Source: the human T2T-CHM13v2.0 reference genome, Homo sapiens. From it: DNA of 64,000 bases. Shown piece after piece: positions 43,453 through 57,184 of the stretch. Location: NCBI RefSeq assembly GCF_009914755.1, contig NC_060930.1; one strand, written 5' to 3'. Each line of letters starts with the position of its first letter. Positions within the stretch are counted from its first letter, which is position 1. The notes under the pieces were generated by a model. That model made no database searches. It was not told where the DNA came from and saw only the letters and a list, made by a program, of their open reading frames with translations. Both the position numbers and the translations under genes were made by a program.

Positions 43453-44870
43453 TAGTAGAAACGGGGGCTTCACCGTTTTAGCCAGGATGGTCTCGATCTC
43501 CTGACCTTGTGATCCGCCCACCTCGGCCTCCCAAAGTGCTGGGATTACAGGCGTGAGCCACTGCACCCGGCATCTTTATTTTTTGAGACAGTCTTGCCCT
43601 GTCACCCAGGCTGGAGTGCCCTGGCAAGATCTTGGCTCACCGCAACCCCCACCTTCCAAGCTAAAGGGATTCTCCTGCCTCAGCCTCAGTTGGGACTATA
43701 GGCATGTGCTACCACACCTTGCTTTTCTTTTGTATTTAGCAGATCTTCTCGCCTCAGCCTCCCAAAGTGCTAGGATTCGAGGCACTGCGCCCAGCCTTTT
43801 GCTTTTTTTTTTTTTTTTTTTTTTGAGATGAAGTCTTTCTCTGTCGCCCAGGCTGGAGTGCAGTGGTGTGATCTTGGCTCAGCCTCGTAACTATAGGCAC
43901 CTGCCACCACACCCAGCTAATTTTGTATTTTCAGTAGAGATGGGGTTTCAGCATATTAGCAAGGCTGGTCTGAACTCCTGACCTTGTGATCTCCCCACCT
44001 CAGCCTCCCAAAATGGTGGAATTACAGGCGTGAGCCATGACCTGGCCTGCTTCATTTTCTAATATCCCTTGCTTAGAATTATTGCAACATTAACGTTTAT
44101 CTTCATTGTCATTGTCTCCCATAGAACCCACAAAACTAAACCTTGAGATCCATGGGCCTGCTAAAAACAGTCCCAAAGTAAATGACAAAAATGTTTAATT
44201 GCCAATAATTAGGTAAGAGAAAAAGGACAGTTAAATATCAGGGTAGTTCTAGCTGAATGAAATCTTTTAGAATTACACTAAAAAGTAAATGGTAAGTTAC
44301 TAAGTTTGGAACTTCATCTCAAAAGAAAAAAAACCATGAAGATAACACAATGCTAAAATGTGGCCTGTCAGTGTAAACTGTCAACATTCTCCACTATAAA
44401 GAACTGAAACTGGGTTGAGGTTAGTAGGTCTGAACAAATCGTGTCCCACTAAGAGCACATGGGTTCTTCCTTGAGTCACTGCCGAGGCCCTGGCACATCT
44501 GAGATTTAAAAGATAAATATCAGATGAACTGGGAAAGATACAGTACAGGCAGATCACTTGAGCCCAGGAGTTGACCAGCCTTGGCAACATGGCAAAATAC
44601 AAAAATTAGCCAGGCGTGGTGGCAAAAACCTGTGGTCCCTGCTATTCAGGGAAGATCACTTAAGCCCAGAAGTCAGGACTGCAGTTAGCCGTTAACTTCC
44701 ACTCCAACCAGGGCAGGAGTAAAACCCTGTCTAAACAAAAAAAGCCAAGCACTACCTTGAAATCAACTGAAGTTAGCTCTCACTTTTGAAATCCACTCCA
44801 AAATTTGTAACCAATTCCAACATAGTAACTGTTAAAAGAAATGCCACTTCATCTTAAAGCTTAAAATTCA

Positions 44871-44876
44871 TTTATT
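44871..44876 (-). terminator. EEF1A1: EEF1A1 distal poly(A) signal AATAAA (long 3'UTR of about 2 kb)
   Basis: TTTATT on the + strand in unique sequence, with a U-rich tract downstream on the minus strand. Confidence 0.6.
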
Positions 44877-46634
44877 GTAGTGAGCAAGTTTGTAATGAAT
44901 ACCAGCAGGTGGTGCTCAAGCCACAGTTGTCTAAGACACTGGGTTTCACAGGAAGTTAATCTCAATCTCAGTATATGCAAGTAAACTGACTCATTCCTGC
45001 TTCCAGTGGGAACAATTTTTCAGTTAAATCTTGCTTCCTTGCATGTCAAGAATTCTCTACTGGTAAATCTTACAGGTGTCAACTTTCATTATCAGGGCAT
45101 CTATTGGCCATCTATTAAAGGCCTTACCTGTTTTTTCTGTCATCCAGCAAATCTTAGACTATTTACTTGTGTAAACATTAGATAGCAAAGAAACTAAGGA
45201 CAAAAATCTCTAGTTCAATTTAGACTTGATACCTCAGAGCACTGGCTGATGGGAAGGCATTTTATCTAATTCAGACTCAGATGAGGGAAAACGATAACAC
45301 TTCATTACAGACTTGTCTATGGCCAATTCAAGTACCTTTGAATCTTGAGCAATACACATTGCCAGTCACTTTAAGAGGCCTTATCTCTTGGGCTGCTTTA
45401 ACTCCTGCTTAGCATGTCCTTAAGAACACATGTCCTGGCCAGGCATGGTGGCTCATGCCTGTAATTCCAGCACTTTAGGAGGCCGAGGCGATCACCTAAG
45501 GTCAGGAGTTTGAGACCAGCCTGACCAACATGGAAAAACCTCATCTCTATTAAAAACACCAAATTAGCACATGCCTGTAATCCCAGCTACTTGGGAGGCT
45601 GAAGTAGGAGAATTGCTTGAACCCATGAGGAGGAGATTGCAGTGAGATTTTGCCATTGCATTCTAGCCTGGGCAACAAGAACTCCATCTTAAAAAAAAAT
45701 TTTAAAAACCATCACACAAACAGAAAGCATGTCCTTTAATTTTACCTATCCTTCAAACTTAAGCAAAAATTTTCCTTTTATAACCAAAAAAAAACCTTTA
45801 GACACTTTTACATATGGGAGGTCAGGCACAGTGGCTCATGCCTGTAATCCCAGCAGGAAGATCGCGAAAAGCATTTTTCAAATGCACAAATGCTTAAAGA
45901 TTCAGGAGTAAGTGGGCTATTACACCTGTTAAGCCTATTACCATGTAGTTTCATTCCTAGTGACCAAGTAGACAAACTGCTAATTATCAAAGCATAAAAG
46001 GTATTAGACTCTGCAGGAGAAAAGCAATGTAGATTAGTCTAATTTTATAGCTACTTCAAATTGCCATCTTTTTCTATTAGAACCTTGTTCCTATTCTGAA
46101 TAGCACTCAATAGAACTTGTGAAACCATCAAACTGGCATAAAGCTTACTCCACTGACTTCAAAATGGACCCTTCCACTCATAGGGTGTACACTAGCCACT
46201 ACACTTATTTCTTATGTCATGGCAAATAGTCAACTTTCACTGCCCAGTCATTTTAACCCACGTTTCAACATGCACATCCCAGTAATTTGGAAACATTTTG
46301 TTTCCAAAGATTCACTTAACATTGGTTTAGCAACATGAAGCTTTCTATGCAACACAAGGACTCAGTTTTTGGCCTGTTTTAGTGACAGGCAATCAGCAAC
46401 ATGCTGCATTTCTCTCCAGTGTTGTAATCAAAGCAACCCTCCCATAGCTTTAAATGATATTCCTTCCCCTTCCAATTATGTGGGGGGAAAACAACCCTAT
46501 TCTCCACCCAGAAGTGTTAACTCAAGAATTACATTTTCAAGAAGTTTCCAGATTCGTAAAACCAGAATTAGATGTCTTTCACCTAAATGTCTCGGTGTTG
46601 ACCAAAGGAACACACAGGTTTCTCATTTAACTTT

Positions 46635-46640
46635 TTTAAT
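46635..46640 (-). terminator. EEF1A1: EEF1A1 major proximal poly(A) signal ATTAAA (cleavage at about 46620)
   Basis: TTTAAT on the + strand, about 275 nt after the stop codon. A GU-rich element (CCTGTGTGTTCCTTTGG) follows on the minus strand. Confidence 0.85.
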
Positions 46641-46913
46641 GGGTCTCAAAATTCTGTGACAAATTTTTGGTCAAGTTGTTTCCATTAAAAAGTACTGATT
46701 TTAAAAACTAATAACTTAAAACTGCCACACGCAAAAAAGAAAACCAAAGTGGTCCACAAAACATTCTCCTTTCCTTCTGAAGGTTTTACGATGCATTGTT
46801 ATCATTAACCAGTCTTTTACTACTAAACTTAAATGGCCAATTGAAACAAACAGTTCTGAGACCGTTCTTCCACCACTGATTAAGAGTGGGGTGGCAGGTA
46901 TTAGGGATAATAT

Positions 46914-47038
46914 TCATTTAGCCTTCTGAGCTTTCTGGGCAGACTTGGTGACCTTGCCAGCTCCAGCAGCCTTCTTGTCCACTGCTTTGATGACACCCAC
47001 CGCAACTGTCTGTCTCATATCACGAACAGCAAAGCGAC
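46914..47038 (-). CDS. EEF1A1: EEF1A1 exon 8 coding part to TGA
   Basis: [41 protein letters not shown]. Total CDS is 144+180+297+151+257+235+125 = 1389 nt (462 aa). The introns show this is the parent gene, not a processed pseudogene. Confidence 0.99.
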
Positions 47039-47133
47039 CTATTAAAAAAAAAGTTAATTATTACCCAAAGTACTGTTCAGTTGTATTTTTCATCTTTAAC
47101 ACAACTTTTTTACATTTAAGTAGTCATCCTTAC

Positions 47134-47368
47134 CCAAAGGTGGATAGTCTGAGAAGCTCTCAACACACATGGGCTTGCCAGGAACCATATCAACAATGGC
47201 AGCATCACCAGACTTCAAGAATTTAGGGCCATCTTCCAGCTTTTTACCAGAACGGCGATCAATCTTTTCCTTCAGCTCAGCAAACTTGCATGCAATGTGA
47301 GCCGTGTGGCAATCCAATACAGGGGCATAGCCGGCGCTTATTTGGCCTGGATGGTTCAGGATAATCAC
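47134..47368 (-). CDS. EEF1A1: EEF1A1 exon 7 (235 nt), domain III
   Basis: [29 protein letters not shown]...FSDYPPL; canonical splice sites. Confidence 0.99.
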
Positions 47369-47457
47369 CTTGGAAAAAAGATTTGCGTTCAGTGCAAATC
47401 CAAAGTCTCAAATGACTTTAGCCTCTGCAGTAAGTTAATGTTACTTTAAATTGTTAC

Positions 47458-47714
47458 CTGAGCAGTGAAGCCAGCTGCTTCCATTGGTGGGTCATTTTTG
47501 CTGTCACCAGCAACGTTGCCACGACGAACATCCTTGACAGACACATTCTTGACATTGAAGCCCACATTGTCCCCAGGAAGAGCTTCACTCAAAGCTTCAT
47601 GGTGCATTTCGACAGATTTTACTTCCGTTGTAACGTTGACTGGAGCAAAGGTGACCACCATACCGGGTTTGAGAACACCAGTCTCCACTCGGCCAACAGG
47701 AACAGTACCAATAC
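47458..47714 (-). CDS. EEF1A1: EEF1A1 exon 6 (257 nt), domain II
   Basis: [19 protein letters not shown]...EAAGFTAQ; canonical splice sites. Confidence 0.99.
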
Positions 47715-47801
47715 CTAAAAATATTTACAGCATACTAAATACCTATGAAGGCAGACAGTACTCTATCAACTCAAATTCAACTTTGTTTACAGCCAACTTA
47801 C

Positions 47802-47952
47802 CACCAATTTTGTAGACATCCTGGAGAGGCAGGCGCAAGGGCTTGTCAGTTGGACGAGTTGGTGGTAGGATGCAGTCCAGAGCCTCAAGCAGCGTGGTTC
47901 CACTGGCATTGCCATCCTTACGGGTGACTTTCCATCCCTTGAACCAAGGCAT
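47802..47952 (-). CDS. EEF1A1: EEF1A1 exon 5 (151 nt)
   Basis: [18 protein letters not shown]...[13 protein letters not shown]; AG and GTAAGT boundaries. Confidence 0.99.
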
Positions 47953-48035
47953 CTGAAACACAAGCATGCCAATTTGTGTAAGCATGAAATCGCCATTCCC
48001 AGAGCTTTTTAACAATGGTCTTGAAAGCCACTTAC

Positions 48036-48332
48036 GTTAGCACTTGGCTCCAGCATGTTGTCACCATTCCAACCAGAAATTGGCACAAATGCTACTGTGT
48101 CGGGGTTGTAGCCAATTTTCTTAATGTAAGTGCTGACTTCCTTAACAATTTCCTCATATCTCTTCTGGCTGTAGGGTGGCTCAGTGGAATCCATTTTGTT
48201 AACACCGACAATTAGTTGTTTCACACCCAGTGTGTAAGCCAGAAGGGCATGCTCTCGGGTCTGCCCATTCTTGGAGATACCAGCTTCAAATTCACCAACA
48301 CCAGCAGCAACAATCAGGACAGCACAGTCAGC
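48036..48332 (-). CDS. EEF1A1: EEF1A1 exon 4 (297 nt)
   Basis: [11 protein letters not shown]...GVNKMD...[16 protein letters not shown] (NKxD motif); canonical splice sites. Confidence 0.99.
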
Positions 48333-48440
48333 CTTTAAAGAAAGCAAAGACATATCCCTGTCAACTCTCCAAATGACAAAACCAGTGTACAAAGCAAGCC
48401 TTTTGGGATAAAGAAACCTAGAATTATTAATCCCACCAAC

Positions 48441-48620
48441 CTGAGATGTCCCTGTAATCATGTTTTTGATAAAGTCTCTGTGTCCTGGGGCATCAATGAT
48501 AGTCACATAGTACTTGCTGGTCTCAAATTTCCACAAGGAGATATCAATGGTGATACCACGTTCACGCTCAGCTTTCAGTTTATCCAAGACCCAGGCATAC
48601 TTGAAGGAGCCCTTTCCCAT
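48441..48620 (-). CDS. EEF1A1: EEF1A1 exon 3 (180 nt)
   Basis: [26 protein letters not shown]...[18 protein letters not shown] (switch I/II); canonical AG/GT. Confidence 0.99.
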
Positions 48621-48923
48621 CTGTAAGGATTAAGAGTCTTTACTTGGTTACTAAAACACAAACTCCAGCTTCAATTTCCTTGTCCCCAGCCCTTAATTGG
48701 CAGTTTCCACTTTACAACTCCAAGTCCAAAGTGATTTTAGTCACTTTGGGTTACAGAAGCAACCAAAAATCAAACTTTTATAAGTAGGATCTTAACTATT
48801 AACATCCAAATCTACTCACTAGCAATACGATTACAGAAGTCACCAAAAGCAAAATTATTTCATAAGTAAGGTCTTAACTATTAGCATTCAGATCTAAACC
48901 ACTCACTAGTTCTGGGGAAATCA

Positions 48924-49151
<228 letters not shown>

Positions 49152-50103
49152 TCACGACACCTGAAATGGAAGAAAAAAACTTTGAACCACTGTCTGAGGC
49201 TTGAGAATGAACCAAGATCCAAACTCAAAAAGGGCAAATTCCAAGGAGAATTACATCAAGTGCCAAGCTGGCCTAACTTCAGTCTCCACCCACTCAGTGT
49301 GGGGAAACTCCATCGCATAAAACCCCTCCCCCCAACCTAAAGACGACGTACTCCAAAAGCTCGAGAACTAATCGAGGTGCCTGGACGGCGCCCGGTACTC
49401 CGTGGAGTCACATGAAGCGACGGCTGAGGACGGAAAGGCCCTTTTCCTTTGTGTGGGTGACTCACCCGCCCGCTCTCCCGAGCGCCGCGTCCTCCATTTT
49501 GAGCTCCCTGCAGCAGGGCCGGGAAGCGGCCATCTTTCCGCTCACGCAACTGGTGCCGACCGGGCCAGCCTTGCCGCCCAGGGCGGGGCGATACACGGCG
49601 GCGCGAGGCCAGGCACCAGAGCAGGCCGGCCAGCTTGAGACTACCCCCGTCCGATTCTCGGTGGCCGCGCTCGCAGGCCCCGCCTCGCCGAACATGTGCG
49701 CTGGGACGCACGGGCCCCGTCGCCGCCCGCGGCCCCAAAAACCGAAATACCAGTGTGCAGATCTTGGCCCGCATTTACAAGACTATCTTGCCAGAAAAAA
49801 AGCGTCGCAGCAGGTCATCAAAAATTTTAAATGGCTAGAGACTTATCGAAAGCAGCGAGACAGGCGCGAAGGTGCCACCAGATTCGCACGCGGCGGCCCC
49901 AGCGCCCAGGCCAGGCCTCAACTCAAGCACGAGGCGAAGGGGCTCCTTAAGCGCAAGGCCTCGAACTCTCCCACCCACTTCCAACCCGAAGCTCGGGATC
50001 AAGAATCACGTACTGCAGCCAGGGGCGTGGAAGTAATTCAAGGCACGCAAGGGCCATAACCCGTAAAGAGGCCAGGCCCGCGGGAACCACACACGGCACT
50101 TAC

Positions 50104-50136
50104 CTGTGTTCTGGCGGCAAACCCGTTGCGAAAAAG
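50104..50136 (-). other. EEF1A1: EEF1A1 non-coding exon 1 with 5'TOP start (CTTTTTCGC...)
   Basis: The minus strand reads CTTTTTCGCAACGGGTTTGCCGCCAGAACACAG|GTAAGT, followed by the 943-nt intron 1 (49161-50103). Confidence 0.95.
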
Positions 50137-50345
50137 AACGTTCACGGCGACTACTGCACTTATATACGGTTCTCCCCCACCCTCGGGAAAAAGGCGGAGC
50201 CAGTACACGACATCACTTTCCCAGTTTACCCCGCGCCACTTTCTCTAGGCACCGGTTCAATTGCCGACCCCTCCCCCCAACTTCTCGGGGACTGTGGGCG
50301 ATGTGCGCTCTGCCCACTGACGGGCACCGGAGCCTCACGCATGCT
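50137..50345 (-). promoter_or_regulatory. EEF1A1: EEF1A1 core promoter (the EF-1alpha/EFS promoter used in vectors), TATA box TATATAA at 50160-50166
   Basis: TATATAA 24-30 nt upstream of the TOP start; GC-rich Sp1-like boxes; recognisable as the standard EF-1alpha promoter sequence. Confidence 0.95.
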
Positions 50346-51881
50346 CTTCTCCACCTCAGTGATGACGAGAGCGGGCGGGTGAGGGGGCGGGAACGCAGCG
50401 ATCTCTGGGTTCTACGTTAGTGGGAGTTTAACGACGGTCCCTGGGATTCCCCAAGGCAGGGGCGAGTCCTTTTGTATGAATTACTCTCAGCTCCGGTCGG
50501 GGCGGGTTGGGGGGGGTGGTGACGGGGAGGCCGCCTGGAAGGGACGTGCAGAATCTTCCCTCTACCATTGCTGGCTTAGCTCCAAAGGTTGTATTGAGAT
50601 TAGGGTGTACCTTCGCCTCTCAATCAGCCTCCCGTCCTCAGCCTTGCCATCTCGCTAGTCCGGGACAAATCCCTAGAGCGTCTTCCTCTGCGGGTCTCAG
50701 CCCAGCCCGGGGTTGGCTCCTCCTCCGCCCCGGCTTCCGCGCCCCTCCCGTGTGGCAAGGAGTACCAGGCCCGGGGACCCCGAGGGGCTTGGGGCGAAGG
50801 GTCGGGACTGGGGGCCTCCTTAACGGCTCACGGACTTGCGAGAGGTTCGGCTCGATGGCCGTGAAAGCGACGAATCCGCTCCTGTGCTGGCCTCTTGGCT
50901 CCTTCCATTCAAAGCCAGCTGCTTTTATGGAAGCCCGTAACACGTCATCTCCCCCTGGTACTCCAGATGTCCAGGCTTTCAGTTTAGAATAGACTCAGTC
51001 CTACAGTTAGCTTTAGATCTAATTCTAGTTTTGTTACGCCAAAAAGTTCCTGCGAGTGTGTGTGTGTGCCTCATGGTACTTTTTAAATTAAAAGGTGTAC
51101 AGTTATTTGATTGCAAACATAAGGAACCTAAAATGCTTTCAGATTTTCCACATGATCTCATGTAGAGGCTAAGATCTACAGCATCAGCAAGTTTATCCAC
51201 CCAGTTTCCTAACCCCAACACTTGCTATGAAGTCACAGCTTCTCCTATTTAAATAAGTGCCTATTATATTTAAATAAGTGCTGTCGTTTTCTGTCATCCT
51301 ATCGATTGTAACTGCATTTTAGCATAAATCTAGGGCAAGATTGGATGAGCTTGGCCTTTTTGGATGGCTATCAAGGCAGGCCTTGGGAAATGCTCCTCTG
51401 AGGAAAGAAGAACGTTTATTTTTAATGAGCTAATTACTAGATCATTATGTTTCTTCTTCCAGCTGTAGAATATCATTGCCCAGCTTCTCGAACAAACTTA
51501 TTTATTAACAAGTATTTGAGAACCTACTATGTGGCCAACGCTAAGTACTGTGGAGTTCCTTCTGGAGAGGAAACCACAATCAAATTGGAAGAGGAAAACA
51601 AGTTGGGAAGCAGTTGAAGGCAAACGCTATGGTGCTTTCTTGGTTTCTGTATCTTTGTAGTGTAGTTTTTCTAGTCCTTTCAGTTTTCACAGTCCACTTT
51701 TTTTTCTTTCTTTTTTTTTTTTTTTTGAGACGGAGTTCTACTCTGTTGCCCAGGCTGGAGTGCAGTGGCGCGATCTCGGCTCACTGCAAGCTCTGCCTCC
51801 CGAGTTCAAGCGATTCCTCCTGCCTCAGCCTCCCAAGTAGCTGGGACTACAAGCGCGCCCCACAAATTTTTGTATTTTTAG

Positions 51882-52028
<147 letters not shown>

Positions 52029-52110
52029 TGATTGCGGATAATAGTAAACGCTTTATAAATACCTTACACAGAATGTTTTTTAAAATATCACGCAAGGAAT
52101 GACAAAATTA

Positions 52111-52586
<476 letters not shown>

Positions 52587-52599
52587 TCACTGGCCACGA

Positions 52600-53040
52600 G
52601 CATTTTCTCAGGGCAGAGATCACATTTCTGCTCTCAGTGGGGCCGGGGTGGGCCGGAAGCCGGAGAGGGACTGGAACGCCGGTCCGGGGAAGCCCCGCGC
52701 GCACCGGGGCGCACCCTGCTTCCTAGGGAGGGAGGCTGGGGCGGCAAGGCGGGCGCGGGTGGTCCTTGCCCCGCGCCAGCTCGCCAGGCCACGTCGCTGG
52801 CGTTTTTCCAGCGCTGGGTCACCTGCGGGCCGGCGGGTTCCCGCGGCGAACAGCTGGGTGGTATGGATACGCCGCTCGAGCCTCCGCAGCGTCAGGTCGC
52901 CAGGGTCCGCCCTGCCACTCGCCCCACCTTGAGGTAACTTTTCTTCCGCCTTCTGACTGCGGAAGGAAGGGCCTGGGAGGAAGCAGAAAACCTCACGTGG
53001 CTCGGGGTGAGGGTCGGTTTTTGTCACCGTGAGCTGGCCT
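52600..53040. promoter_or_regulatory. Second CpG island: probable bidirectional promoter (upstream EEF1A1 first exon on -, divergent lncRNA on +)
   Basis: CpG-rich non-repeat island with ETS-like CCGGAAG, GC boxes and E-box TCACGTGG (about 52993). Donor-like sites on both strands: minus CAG|GTGACC at 52822, plus GAG|GTAACT at 52934. Confidence 0.7.
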
Positions 53041-53556
53041 CTAAAAGACTTTTTAAGTCCCAAGTCTTCTTTTTCTTCTTATTTTAAATCCCTTTTTCCC
53101 CAGACCCTATGTTTTCAACATAATCATAACGGATTCCCCGCACCCCTACGCCTTTACAGAGATCCAGTATGCTTTTTACTGCCTTAAATGTTAAAGCGGT
53201 AACAGTAACGATGTTGAGGCTCGTAAATGTGTTTTGGGGTCATAATCTAAGGTAGTATTTGCTGAAGATTTTTCTTAAACTTGCTCATAACCATTTAGAG
53301 TGACAAACTTAAAATACATTGTAAGTAAAAATCAACATGACCCCTTTTAGGAAGAAAAACAAAGATTTCAGTTATTTACATAGGAATAAGGCAAACAAGA
53401 ATAGTTCTTTGAGGTACATAATTGTGATTCACCAAGCTTTCAGTATAGTCTGACCACTCTGCTATTAGTCTAATTTAAAGCAGCCTTAAATAGTTACATT
53501 TTACCATGGCTTGCCACGTGAAAATGATTTTTAAATCTTTTCATCTGCTGTAGCTA

Positions 53557-54016
<460 letters not shown>

Positions 54017-55440
54017 TCATGCCATTCTGCCTCAGCCTCCCGAGTAGCTGGGACTACAGGCGCCGGCCACCACACCCAGCTAATTTTTTGTATTTTTTTT
54101 AGTAGAGATGGGGGTTTCACCATGTTAGCCAGGACGGTCTCGATCTCCTGACCTCGTGATCTGCCCAACTCGGCCTCCCAAAGTGCTAGGATTACAGGCA
54201 TGAGCCACCACGCCCAGCCGAGAATCCAAATAAAATGACACTTTAGTGTGACAGGCACTGTTCTAATATTTGCAATATTTATTGTAATCCTACCACCCAC
54301 ATTGTATAGATGGAGCAGCAATGGGCAACAGGCAGTTTATGCGTAATAAGCACATATAGACATATATTCTTTTTTAAAGTTTTACCTTTTTTTGCACAAA
54401 ATGGTAAAATACAATATGCCACCTTGCTTTTTTCACCTAATACAGCTTGGTGATCTTTTTTCATGGTACCTTAGGGCCCAGCAGAGCAGGATTGGAACCA
54501 GGGTAATCTGTCAGAGAGCTAGTCCTAACCCTTACCAGCAGGTCGAGGCAGCCTGATATAATGAAAATATCAGTGGCATCGGTGTCAGAAAATTAGGGAT
54601 TTAGTCCTCGCTCTTCTGCTTAGACCTATGACAGCCCAGCAGTTCTGAGTACATCTGTGAAATGGGTTGCCTCTTTGTTCCTACTTAACACCTATGTCAC
54701 AATTCTAATATGCAATGACATGAAAAGACATGGGGGCTCTTTATTAGTACAAAAGACAGTGTTTCTACATGCTTTTTGGAGAATGCCTGTCCTTAATTGG
54801 TATGCCTGTGACACCAACTTGAGTCAGTAGAGAAAATAAACTCATTGGTATCTTTGTAATTGTAAGCATTTTTACGTAGGTAATACATGTACATGGTAAG
54901 AAATTGTACAGAGGTTATACAATGAAATGTTACTCTCATTTTAGCAGTGTAAAGAAAGTCTGAAGAATACTCCAGGAAAATTGAGGAAACTAAAGCTATT
55001 TCTACTACTGGTCTCATAATTGCAAAGCCAGTGCCTACCATGATAAGTGCTCTCTTACTTGGTATGAAGGAAATGATTTTCTTCCCTTGCTATTTTTTTT
55101 AGTAAGTATATTATTTTATTGCTACATTAGAAATGAAAATACACTCTGAGAAGCTGCAAAGGCATGCAACTTCATAAAGATTATGAAGCAATGGAGACAC
55201 TCATAGAAGGTTAAAATTGGCTTTTCCTGTAGGAGGTGCAAAGACTATACACACACAGGTCATCAATGGTTAGATTATTGGCAGCATCTGCCATGTGGAA
55301 TTTATGTGCCAATGGGAAGATTTTTGGTGTTTTGCTTTGTTTTGTTTTGTTTTGAGACGGAGTCTTATTCTGTCACCCAGGCTAGAATACAGTGGCATGA
55401 TCTTGGCTCACTACAACCTCCGCCTCCCGGGTTCAAGTGA

Positions 55441-55777
<337 letters not shown>

Positions 55778-55787
55778 TGAGCCATCA

Positions 55788-55934
<147 letters not shown>

Positions 55935-56231
55935 TCATCTTGATTAAAAGAAAGCCTGAAGGCTTGAAGACTCGTGAAACGCTGGGCTGAGACCATACTG
56001 CTCACTCTGGACCAGATTAGGGTTCCTGAGCAGAGCCCAGCAGTTGTAAGCCCAGTAGCAGGGCCCCCTCACTCAGTATTCATTTGTGAATCCATATTTT
56101 ATAAATCATATGAATTTTCAGTATTTCTTTGTCTTCATAGGTGATATAGTTAACAGAGCACTTGACTAAGAGACAAGCTGGAATATATTCGTAGTCCCAC
56201 ATAATTTCTTTATCAGAGTGATCTTGAATAA

Positions 56232-56438
<207 letters not shown>

Positions 56439-56684
56439 TAGTAGAGACGAGGTTTCACTATGTTGGCCAGGCTGGTCTTGAACTCCTGACCTCATGATCT
56501 GCCCTCCTCGGCCTCCCAAATTGCTGGGATTACAGGCATGAGCCACCACGCCTGGCCTGAGCTCATTATTTCATAGTAAAATAATCTAACATCTATTTCA
56601 TAGAATTGATCATAAGGATTAAATAAGATAATGGACCAGATGATGCAAACCATTTTTACAAATGTCAGCGCTCATTATACTTAG

Positions 56685-57184
<500 letters not shown>

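Larger units (their letters stand above)
49340..50950. promoter_or_regulatory. EEF1A1: CpG island over EEF1A1 promoter and intron 1 (intronic enhancer: AP-1 TGACTCA 49458-49464, YY1-like GCGGCCATCTT 49526-49536, GC boxes)
   Basis: High GC and CpG density compared with the CpG-depleted flanks; motifs read directly from sequence. Confidence 0.88.

Noticed and set aside
47465-47815. Antisense ORFs over EEF1A1 exons (also 46945-47226 and 48015-48215)
   Set aside because: Shadow ORFs caused by codon bias on the coding strand.
49412-50059. 215-aa + strand ORF and other overlapping ORFs in EEF1A1 intron 1 and promoter
   Set aside because: GC-rich CpG-island DNA is stop-poor. The low-complexity Arg/Ala/Pro/Gly products have no recognisable domain, and ORFs occur in several frames at once.
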